Position numbers and translations under genes: made by a program. From Chiloscyllium plagiosum (Eukaryota), in contig NC_057726.1 in NCBI RefSeq assembly GCF_004010195.1, positions 21,535,283-21,599,282 of the forward strand: 64,000 nucleotides of DNA, in the 5' to 3' direction. Below the pieces are notes generated by a model, which worked only from the letters and a program-made list of their open reading frames with translations, was not told where the DNA came from and did not search any database. Shown one piece after another: positions 38,251 through 48,805 of the stretch. Every line of letters begins with the position of its first letter. Within the stretch, counting starts at the first letter, position 1.

Positions 38251-40480
38251 TGTCATGTATATTAATGTGTTCTAGTCTGCTACAGCAAGACACACACACT
38301 GTTGGCAGACATCTTAAACGTTACTTCAATAAAGTCCTCATTTTGAACACACCGCTGTGTTATACACTTGAAACATGGTTTCAGAAGTGGTCAATGTCCA
38401 GAGCTGAGATATAAAGCACGGCTGCTCAGCTGTAAGCTGCCACTGAGAAAGAAAATGAGCAAATGAAAAATCACAGAGAAATCATTGCTTAAGAGAGAAT
38501 GGCTGCAGCTTCTCCCCTGTCCCCAAATGGGATAGGAGGCAAAACTGGGAATTCTTCTTTGAACAATGGCAAAATTATGTAACAGTTATGAATTTGTTGA
38601 GCAAACCAGAACAAGTACACACAGCTGCACTTTTATCACTGTTGGGAACAGATAGTTTCAAAATTTATTCCATCCTAAATCTCTGAAGAGCAGAAAGAAA
38701 TACATGCCAGAAATGTTAAAAGCTTTGAAGGCATGCTTTGAGCCCCATGTGAACCATGTGTGTGAATGGTGCATATTCAATACTAAGGAACAAAGTGTGA
38801 AAAAAAATCCAATGATCAAGATATAACATCATTAACGCAACCTGCAGAAACCTGTGAATTTGCACAATTAAAGGATGAGCTAATTAGAGACAGCACTATA
38901 TTCAAATAAAGGATCCAAGGTGAAAATAGAGCAATGGACTTGTCCAAAATTGCGGAGGTTGTGAATCAACAGAGAGAATATTCATGGTAGAACAAAACCA
39001 GATCTTACATTATACTGGCAGATACTCCTGGGACATGGGGCAGAACAACCACAGAGGATCGGATAAAAATGCTGCAGTAGACAGCATGCAAAAGAAGAGA
39101 AGGCATGTCCAGCCTGGGGAAAGCAGTGTTCTCACTGCAAGAACCTGAATTAATTTGCACACAGGTATATGGCAAATGGCCATGGGAGAGATAATGGCTT
39201 AGGATTATTGGAAATCACTATACACCATACAACAGTTTGCTCCAGTCAAATTGATAGACAGGACGTGGTTGTAACTGTTGGAACAAGGACTGCAAAAGGA
39301 GATTTTACACACTAATGCTTCATGTCTCGCATGAACTTAAGGACCTTGGCAAAGTAACTTAAGGCAACAATCCAGAATTGAAGCCCTCAGGAGTACTTCT
39401 TGTACTGAGAGGACAGATTAGTCTGTGAGCCCACTTCAATAACATGAATAAGGATCTAGAATTCCAGATTATAGACTTTAAGGAAACATCACTCATCTCA
39501 GCTACAGTAAATCAATAGCTTGGACTGGTAATCCTCAATGTGCCAAAAGCGATGCAGTATATTACAGCATATTAAACCTTTGGCCATGGAGCACATCTAG
39601 AGGAGCACAAAAATGTGTGGATGCAATTCGGGTGTCTTCCAGGAGAAAGTCATCCTGAAGCTGATAAGAATACCAGATCAATTCAGTACCAACTCTCGCT
39701 ATCCTTATGGCCGGTCGGAAATGCAGATTGAAAAGCTGGGAAAAGGAGGAAGTAATCAAGAAGGTGACAACTCTTACAAAATGGATTAGCAGCATGGTAG
39801 CATGGAAACAACCTAAAAAGATGAATGTGCATTGACCCAAAGAACATACATGAAGTCTTGAAGAAATCTCACTCCCCCATGCCAACCATTCATAGAATTC
39901 TGCTATAATTTGCAAAGGCAAAAATATTTACCACCTTTGTCACACAGAACCTGGTAAGTGAAGCTAGATTAGAGCAGCAGCTTTCTGACCATATTCTGGA
40001 TGCATTTTTGGAGATACAGATGGTTGCACATGCTGTTTGGCATTTGCAGTGCTTCAGAAGACAAGACAGTTAATAATCTTCCTGGAGTGGAAGATGCAGC
40101 CAATAAGCTGCTAGTCTATGGATGCAAAGGCACAACAGAAGAAACGATTGCTGATCATGATCAAAATCTAGTGAGAGCACTCAGAGTTCTCCAGATCAAC
40201 CTGAAGTTGAAGATAAAAAATAACAAAAACTCATGAAAATTCTGAAGAACAGTCACATTGGACTTGAAATGTAGTGTCTGCTGTGCTCTCCAACAGATGC
40301 AACCAGACCTGCTGAGTTTGTTTTCCTGTTTTTATTTCTGATTTCCAGCATCACAGCATTTGGCTTTTTTTTAACAGAAGGCCTTACCTGGATGATGAAA
40401 AAGTCACAGCTCTAGTAGCCATGCAGCAGGCAACAGATACAGAAGCAGTGCAGCAATTTGTTGGATTCATCACGTTTCAT
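38251..40480 (+). mobile_element. Decayed Gypsy LTR retrotransposon (5' LTR, PBS, gag, RT)
   Basis: LTR TG...CA at 38251-38375 with AATAAA. PBS tggtttcagaagtgg at 38376 (close to the tRNA-Leu complement TGGTGTCAGAAGTGG). Gag remnants LKALKACFEP, ETCEFAQLKDELIRD and knuckle CPAWGKQCSHCKNLN. RT remnants VIKKVT..WISSMV, FWRYRWLHMLFGICSASE, LPGVEDAANKLLVYG and PDDEKV..AVQQFVGF. Many stops and frameshifts. Confidence 0.85.
40238..40372 (+). mobile_element. Older PLE pLTR fragment with hammerhead-like motif inside the Gypsy RT
   Basis: CTGAAGA (40242)-AC-AGTC-acattg-GACT-T-GAAA-TG-TA, then cagatgcaaccagacctgctgagttt. Related fragments at 40490-40550 and 40900-41055. Confidence 0.65.
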
Positions 40481-42054
40481 AATTGGTGCACAGACACTGC
40501 CAGACCTGCTGAGCTTTTACAGCAATTTCTACTTTTGTTTCTGATTTAAGGACTATGTGTGCAGTGCATTCAGAGACTGATGGAAATACTGAACTGCCAA
40601 GGCAGGAGATCAGTAGCATATATAGTTTGCACATGGATAACAGAAAATGTATATGCTAATGCAAGGGTTTTTTTTTTCTTATTTTTTTCATATAAAAAGA
40701 AAATAGTGTCAAAATATTTGCTTAGTCTGCTAATCACATGGCTTCTACCATGAGGCACTTATCCTGTAAGGCAGATATCTTATGCTTTACTCAAATGAAG
40801 TCATTGATTGAACACACAGTTTTGTCGCAAACTCAAAACTCCTCTGTCCTCATTCCACTCACCCTTTGCTCAAAGCATTTTACATATCTAACTTATCCCA
40901 GTTAAAACAAAAGGTCATAGACCTGAAACATTAACTCTGGTTCTTTTGCACACAGATGCGGCTTAACCCACTGAGATCCCTCCTACCATCCTCACCACCA
41001 TCACTTCTGGCTTTATTTCAGAATCCTAGCATTAGTAGTATTATGCTCTTTGATTCTAGTTCGATCTACTTTGACTCAACAAGATGCCTCAGAAGAGCAC
41101 CTAACAACACAACTCATTGCACACATTAGCCAGCCTGTATGATTTTGAAGGCACTTCAATTTCTCCCCAAACTCGATTTAACTTTTCAAAACCTCACCCC
41201 ATTAAGCTTTTTCACTGAACACCCCTCCTCTTTGGACAGTTGATGAACATTGATGTCGGAATCTATAGCCAATTTTCCTTTCTTGCCACTGAGAGAAATG
41301 TTCTTTGGAAATAACAAGTTAGTGAAAGAGTTTGAGGAGAAGGAATTTAAAATGACACAAAAGAAACTTTTAACAATGATTTTTTTTAAGAAGAAATTCT
41401 TGAAAAGAATTAATTAAGAGATTTTAATGAATAAACATACCAAATAAATCGTGGATGCCTTGAAATCCTGCGGCATAATCTAGATTAAAATCTTTTATTC
41501 ACATAAACTTCACATTTATAACAGAAACTAATTGTAACTCCTATTGTGACATTTCAATTGCAACCTCCCACCATCAGTTCTGTCAGTAAAGTAAAAGAAC
41601 TATATGTTGCAAGCAACTGTGTGCTTACTCTATACAGTTTTCCTATTTTAGAAAGTATAATATAAACTTTTAAAAGGGTAGAAATTTTAAATGTGAACTG
41701 GGCTTCATCTGTACTCTAGTTGAATTTAATCCTATTATCTAAATTGACATCACTTAAAAGCCACACAAATTCTAACTTCCAATGTAAATGCCACAATTCA
41801 TCTTTTGGTATGAGCAACAAATCTTTTGATAATTCTGCAGAAATACCATTTTAACAAAACAAAATAACTTGTACTTATATAGTGCCAATCTTATCCCAAA
41901 GCACTGAAAAGCTATTATTTACTTGTGAAATGTTATCACTCGTTACAGTGGGCAGACAATAGTTGATTTGTGCAGACATTAGATGTATATTCCCATGCTG
42001 CTTTCGTGCTCTTAGTTGAGGAACTCCAGGAAAATTCCCTTATGTTCTTTCATG

Positions 42055-42691
42055 CGTCACAAAGCTAGTCCATTTTCTTTCTAAAAGCTGTTCCTTTTCT
42101 CAAGGATACTCTGTCCTTGATTTTTTTCAGTAGGGTCATAAATGGGCCAGGCTCCAATCAGACTAGTTTGGTACATAGATGAAAAGGATTTTGAGAGGCC
42201 TTTTGTTTATATGTAAACAGATGAGACTTTAGGCCAAAGTGACCGGTAGAATGAAAAGGGAGTGGTCAGCTCTCTAGCTGAGCAGTTCAGTCCAGAACTG
42301 GTTGGGAGTTCAGCAGTGGACTGTGTGAACAGGCTCTCTCTCTCTCTCTCTCTCTCCCTCTGCCCTTCTAACTTCAATCTGTAGGCATATGTTCCTTTTT
42401 TTAACTGTTTTTTTAAGGGAGTTTGCCTATTGGGACTGTTGAGTATATTTGGAGCAGCATAATTAAGTCTAATTTGGATAGACTGATTTCTGTAGGGGTT
42501 GATTATTCTGTTCTTAGTATTTCATTGTGTAATTTTGTGAATAAATTTTTGTCCGTTTAAAAATCTGGTAGTCAACTTCACTAACTTACTCTGGGTAATT
42601 GTCATTGTATATTTACCAAAACAAATTGCAAAGTTATGGTCTGGTCTGGCCTGGCTGCTTAAGAATGTTTTGAGTGGTCTACTCCATAACA
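42055..42691 (-). mobile_element. Solo LTR with 4-bp TSD (Gypsy-type)
   Basis: Termini (C)GTCAC...CATAACA flanked by CATG at 42051-42054 and 42692-42695. Contains a (CT)n tract at about 42334-42360. Strand is tentative. Confidence 0.7.
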
Positions 42692-43119
42692 CATGCTATG
42701 GAATCATTTATACCTGCAAGCATAATTTGTGAAAATCAGAACCTCTGAAAGTGTGGCACTGCCATGAAATATGCATTCAAGCCTCAGTGTGAAATTTGAA
42801 GATAGCTTTGACTGGCTAATCAAAACTTGAGATGATTATTAAGAAATCTTAACCAGTTTATTGTCAATGGGTTGACTAAAATAATGTATCGAAACTTCAG
42901 TAATTCACAAACTCTCCTTATTACTTTGTACAATTTTATGGCATACTAATTGCAAAATGTTAGGTATCATACTTCTGTTTAGCCTGACAAGAAAGGTTTG
43001 GCCTCTATGTCAGCTGATTGCTACAGGGCATGTTTTGAAAAAAAAATCAATTTATGTATCACTTGCAGAAATCATAAAATCAGCAAAAGTCATGGTCCCC
43101 ATGAACTGGAGTCGACACT

Positions 43120-43840
43120 TAGAATCATAGAGCATGGAATCAGATCTCTTGGTCCAACTTGTCCACACTGACCATGTTCTCAAACCAACCTAGTCCTACC
43201 TGCCTGCACTTGGCCCATATCCCTCCAAATCTTTCCTATTTATGTACATATCCAAATGTCTTTTAAACATTGTAACTGTACTTGCATCCACCACTTTCTC
43301 TGGCAGTTCATTCCATACATGAATAAAAAAGGTTGTCCCTCATGTCCTATATAAATCTTTCTCCTCTCACCTTAAAAACATGCCCTCTAGTTTTGAACTC
43401 TCCCAGCCGAGGGAAAAGATCCTTGTCATTCACCTTGTCTGTGGAGAAAGTGAGGACTGCAGATGCTGGAGATCAGAGCTGAAAAATGTGTTGCTGGAAA
43501 AGCACAGCAGGTCAGGCAGCATCCAAGGAGCAGGAGAATTGGCGTTTCGGGCATAAGTTTTCCTGAAGAAGGGCTTATGCATGAAACGTCGATTCTCCTG
43601 CACCTTGGATGCTGCCTGACCTGCTGTGCTTTTCCAGCAACACATTTTTCAGCCCCCCATTCACCTTGTCTGTGTCCCTCATAATTTTATAAACATTCAT
43701 AAAGTCTCCCCTCAACCTTCAGTGAAAAAAGTCTTAGGCTTTCCAGACTACTTTTATATCTGAAACCCTCCACTCCCAGCAACATCCAAGTAAACCTTTT
43801 CTGAACCCTCTCCAGCTTAATAATATTCTTTCAATAATAG
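43120..43840 (-). mobile_element. CR1 LINE 3' fragment interrupted by a PLE hairpin
   Basis: Reverse-complement CR1 3' ORF end and tail (agaatcatagag..., ccatatccctccaa..., ctctagttttgaactc). Confidence 0.85.
43444..43657. mobile_element. Young hairpin PLE insertion with 17-bp TSD and hammerhead motif
   Basis: TSD cattcaccttgtctgtg at 43427-43443 and 43658-43674. Near-perfect inverted arms plus an unpaired terminal tail. Plus-strand CTGAAGA-A-GGGC-TTAT-GCAT-GAAA-CG-TC at 43563-43590. Confidence 0.92.
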
Positions 43841-44830
43841 ACTGGAGGTCTGTGACTAGTGGTGTTCTGTAGGGATCCATACTAGGATCTCTGCTGTTTG
43901 TGATATATATAAATTACTTGGATGAAAATGTAAATGGGTAAGTTAGTAAGTTTGCAGATAACACAAAAGTCAGCGGATAGTGTTGAAGGTTGTCAAAGGA
44001 TACAGCAAGATATGGATCAGTTGCAGATATGAGCGGAGAAATGGCAAATGGAGTTTAATCTGGGGAAGTGTGAGGTACTGCACTATGAGAGATCTAATGT
44101 TAAGGAAAAATATACAGTTAATGGCAGAGGGATCTTGGGTCCATAGTTCATAGCTCCCTGAAAGTGACCATGCAGGTAGATAGGTTGGTAAATAAGGAAA
44201 ATGGCATGCTTGCCTTTATTGGTTGGAGAATTGAGTATAAAAGTCAGGATGTCCTGTCACAGCGTTAAAAAACTTTGGTTAGGCCGCACTTAAGAGTATT
44301 GCATTCAATTCTGGTCATCACATTACAGGAAAGATGTGGAGGTTTTGCAGAGAGCACAGAAGAATTTTACCAGGATGCTGCCTGGATTCGAGAGTATGAG
44401 CTATAAGGAATGACTAGACAAACTCGGGCTATAGTTTCTGGAGTAACGGAAGCTAAGGGGAGACTTGTTCAAACTCAAAAAAGTATGAGCTGCATAAATA
44501 GGGTTGACGGTCAGAATCGTTTCCCCAGAGGTGAAATACCTAATACTATGGGGGCAGCATTTAAGATAAGAGGGGGAAATTCAAAGGAAATGTGAGGGGC
44601 AAGTTTTTCAAAATCAGAGAGTAGCAGGAGTTTTGAACACACTGCCAGGGGTAATGGTGGAGGTTGATATGATAGGGGCATTTAAGGGACTTTCAGTTAA
44701 GCATATGAATATACAAGCAATGGGGGGATATGGACCAAAGGCAGGCAGAAGAGTTCAATTTGGCATCATATTTGGGAGAACATTGAGGGCCAAAGGGCTC
44801 ATTCCTAAGCTGTGCTGCTCTGTGCTCTAG
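43841..44830 (+). mobile_element. CR1 LINE 3' fragment (RT C-terminus and tail)
   Basis: Begins WRSVTSGVL.GSILGSLLFVIYINYLDE...SKFADNTK (RT FADD region) and ends gggccaaagggctc...gtgctcta. Confidence 0.88.
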
Positions 44831-45078
44831 AGGACTGACAGACGAGACCAAACTGCAAACCCTGCCAGTCTGTTCAAATGTTTCCACCCAGGCCAGTGCA
44901 TTCTCCATAGTCTGGCGAAAAACCTTTGAGTACAGGCGTTGGGATGTCACACTGAGTTTATACAGGACGTTTGTGAGGCCTGTTCTAGAATACTATGTCC
45001 AGTTCTGGTTACCCTGTTAGAACATCGTAGAGAAAAACATTGAGCTTCCCTGCACAATTGACGTCACTTACACTGCAT

Positions 45079-45710
45079 ATGGCAGACAAAGAGAAATTGG
45101 AGCCTTGTTTTGCGGATAAGGACCTTGAGGTCCTAGTGAACAAGGTAGTGCAATGGAGAGATGTTCTCTTTACACAGGACCAACAGAGGAGACCAAATCA
45201 CAGACCCTGCCAGCCTGTTCAAATGTTTCCACCCTGGTCAGTGCATTCTCCATGGTCTGGGGAAACATGCAACACTGGAAGAAGATCAATGTCCTTCGCC
45301 ATTTTGCCAGAGTAAGTATCATCCACGTTTACCTCAGGGAGTCCCTCTCTTAGTGTCCTTGTAAGAAGGAAAAGACACATAATAGGGCTAAAAGAGCCAG
45401 GACAGGTGGTGGAAGCTGATATTTGTTAATTCACCCTCAGAGGACTGCTAGACACTTTGCACCTGCTCAGCCCCAGGCAGGAGACAACCCATTTGTGTGG
45501 GCAATTAGGGACTTCTTCCAAATGCACAAGGTGATAGAGAAGCAGCAGGAAGGTTTGTCAAGGATACTGGACAATTTGACACAAAGGTTTCAGAACTGCA
45601 GCAATGTGGTTCGGACCCTGCTGCTTCAGGCACTTGCCAGAGAGATCAGGATTGAGTGGTCTCAGAGCTCATGGATGCACCAACCCTCACTCCACCATTC
45701 AGCATGAATG
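45079..45710 (+). mobile_element. PIF/Harbinger Myb/SANT-like gene remnant with its intron
   Basis: MADKEKLEPCFADKDLEVLVNKVVQWRDVLFTQDQQRRP, then a frameshift, then QTLPACSNVSTLVSAFSMVWGNMQHWKKINVLRHFAR|gtaagt (donor at 45312), then KEKTHNRAKRARTGGG (45366-45413). Matches the NAIF1/Harbinger Myb pattern. Confidence 0.75.
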
Positions 45711-46269
45711 CCATATGGCAGGGGGATGAGGGATTTTAACCTCAAATCCAGATGCCTGTTCCTCACAAGGAGACAAGGCAGTGCCAGTGAGCTGCGCCAG
45801 TGAGCAGCCAGCTGAACAATGGATTATCTAGAATCTCCTCTCAGAACACTGAGGTGACCCAGCCTTTCATCTGCACCGTCTGTGGCAGTTCAAGCCAAGG
45901 AGGGTGCACCTGCCTCTGGGTAGGACACACTCGGCCAACCTGAGCCTTTTGGGCAGAAATGCCACTGGGGTCACCCAACTAAACCATCAAGGTCACGCTT
46001 TGTGTGAGAGCCTCAATTTAGCCAAGACTGAATGTACAGAGCTCAGCGATCCTGTTTGCTACAGGGTGTTCAATGGTCCAAGGTGTGAAATGAGCAGCTC
46101 CTGCACACAGGAGGCTAACATTCCCACAACATGTGTGACTCAGCTGCAGTGTACGGATGTCTACGTAATGCTACTGCCCTGTCAAGGGCCTTGCATCACT
46201 CAGATTTGAAGATCCCTCTCTCATAGAATGAGAAAAGTATGCTACCCACACCAAGTGTGGTGGCAGCAA

Positions 46270-46578
46270 GGATGGCACAGTGGCTCAGTGCTTAGAACTG
46301 CTGCCTCACAGTGCCAAGAACCCATGTTCAATTCCAGCCTTGGGTGACTGCCTGTGCGGAGTTTGCACATTCTGCCCATGTCTGCATGGGTTTCCTGCAG
46401 GTTTCCTCCCAGAGTCCAAAGATGTGCTGACCAGGTGAATTGGCCATACTAAATTGCCCATAGTGTTAAGTGCATTAGTCAGAGGAAAATAAGTCTGGGT
46501 AGGTTACTCTTTGGAGGGTCAGTGTGGACTTATTGGGTCGTAGGGCCCTGTTTTCACACTGTAGGGAATCTAATCTAA
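46270..46578 (+). mobile_element. HE1-type V-SINE
   Basis: tggcacagtggctcagtg...gttcaattcc...gagtttgcacattct...cacactgtagggaatctaatcta. Confidence 0.85.
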
Positions 46579-47624
46579 GCTATTTCATCATTACACATTT
46601 GTTACTAATAACACAATGAAACGCAGCAGCAGTTACTCATCAAACACTACGTCTCAGGCTCAGCTTCACCACCTTATGAACAGTCTCAAATGTCAACAGT
46701 CCCTTCGTGCTAGCCTGCCCCATCAACATCGCTATCATAATTCTCCAAGACCCTCACACAATCCACTTAGATCTTCATCAGCCCACTTTCCACACCCAGC
46801 CCCAGGCATGCCAAGTGCTGCTTACAGTCAATAGTATCACTTCCCACATTAACCCTTTCCTTCCCATTCTCTTTTGTCTCTCCCCGCCCTTGTAAGTTGC
46901 TCCCCTTGACTATCGCATTCCTTTCTGCATCCCAGCATTCTGACTCAAATCCCTCCAATCTCCAGTCTCTCTTTCACAGTACTGGCTCCTGATATCACGC
47001 CCCCACTTTGATCTTTAGAGGATGGATCCCCAGGACTGACGATGGCATACACCCTTGAACAACTTCACTGAAAATCCCCAAACAATACCAGACCAGACCC
47101 CTGATTATTCGACTCCTGACTATTTTCCCACGACTCCCCCAACTGACTGCACAGGACTCACAAGGCTGATAGTGACCTACTCCTGGATTGTATTGGTACA
47201 CACCTGACCAGCTAACCGATTGTGTCCAAGCCTCTGAAGTGATAGTGGACGCTGCCTTTGACTTACTGTGCCAGTATCCCAACCCTGAAAGGTGTCTTCC
47301 CAGACCTAACTGAGGACTACTCCCCTTGAGACATGGCTGTTTTCCTGCACCAAATGCAGTGTCATTGGTATGGGCACACTTGTCACATGGTACAGGAGTG
47401 TGATTGGCATCACATGGTGCCATACAGAAACTTGTCCACCCTCTTAACTAATGACTGTTGACAAATGTGACAAATTTTGATTCTGCAATAAACAGCAAGG
47501 TAAGGCTGAAACACTGTTTCTTTAAAAGATCTAGCTGAGGAGCCAAAGCACAAAAAGACAAGATATTGCATTATAATGATTATCCTTTGGCTTTAAAGCA
47601 AAAACTCAAAATAAATAGTGCCGC

Positions 47625-47950
47625 TGTGGGCGGCACGGTGGCACAGTGGTTAGCACTGCTGCCTCACAGCGCCTGAGACCCGGGTTCAATTCCCACCTCA
47701 GGCGACTGACTGTGTGGAGTTTGCACATTCTCCCTGTGTCTGCATAGGTTTCCTCCAGGTGCTCCGGTTTCCTCCCACAGTCCAAAGATGTGCAGGTCAG
47801 GTGAATTGGCCATGCAAAATTGCCCGTAGTGTTAGGTAAGGGGTAAATGTAGGGGTATGGGTGGGTTGCGCTTCGGCGGGTCGGTGTGGACTTGTTGGGC
47901 CGAAGGGCCTGTTTCCACACTGTAATGTAATCCAATCTATTTTAATCTAA
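47625..47950 (+). mobile_element. HE1-type V-SINE, young full-length copy
   Basis: A-box tggcacagtgg, B-box ggttcaattcc, and tail gggccgaagggcctgtttccacactgtaa shared with CR1 3' ends. Confidence 0.92.
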
Positions 47951-48609
47951 ATATCTATCAGTCATAATGGCCATAGGATCATCTTCCTTCCTAATCCAAA
48001 TATACTCATTACCAAATACCATTGTTTCCCCAAGAGGTAACTGATAACTTAAATAAGAGATAACTGCTGATTTCCCATGCTAGATATCTTATGAAGTGTC
48101 TTTTTTCCTTCCTCTGTATATATTAGGCAATATAACAACAGGATGCAATCAAAAGATAACTGCAGAAAGAACAGATCTTTCAACAGTTTGATTCTGTTCT
48201 CTATTGAGAAAAGTCATCCTGTTTTCTGCAGCATAACGTTTGGTGCAGCCACACTGTTTTAGTTAATGATGGTGAATATTGCATTTGAACATTTGCATCC
48301 AAGAAACAGAGATCCAGATAAAACATCAATTGCGATAAAAAGCAGACATATCCTCTTATTGATCAGCAATATGCATAAAGCTAATAGTTTATGAAATACG
48401 CTATGTTGTGGTTTCTTAACAAAACAGAGGCATTAGCATCATATTTCCAAGTTTTCTGAGTAAAGCACAAAGGTGGCCTGTGCCTGTCAGTTTTTAAATC
48501 CTTGTTTCAAGGGACCCTAGGAGGGTCAGAGTGTTTGCAGTGTTGATCACGGAGCACAGCAAACAGAAAGACGTATGCCTGATTTGGAAAGGCAGGTCTT
48601 CTAACTCCA

Positions 48610-48805
48610 GATCTTTCCTGATTCCTTGAAGGTCATGTTGTGTGCAGTAAGTGCCCAAAAAGAGGAATGTCGCTGCCTGTGGATTGAGGAAGTGGCTAAC
48701 CCCTTAAAGTAAACAAGTGCGGCTCAATTAGCGGAAGAAGTGAGTGGCAGGATGGTGTACATCACCATCAGGTTGAAGGAAGTTCAACAGCTTCAATAGG
48801 TCAGA
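48610..48805 (+). mobile_element. Second, older Harbinger Myb/SANT remnant
   Basis: Fragments FPDSLKVMLCAVSAQKEE, AQLAEEVSGR and RKFNSFNRS, collinear with the 45079 domain. Confidence 0.5.

Noticed and set aside
43120-44830. Twin-priming inversion of a single CR1
   Set aside because: Both halves carry their own 3' tails and overlapping ORF regions, so two head-to-head copies are more likely.
47625-47700. tRNA gene
   Set aside because: The A and B boxes belong to the SINE head, and I could not fold a full cloverleaf.
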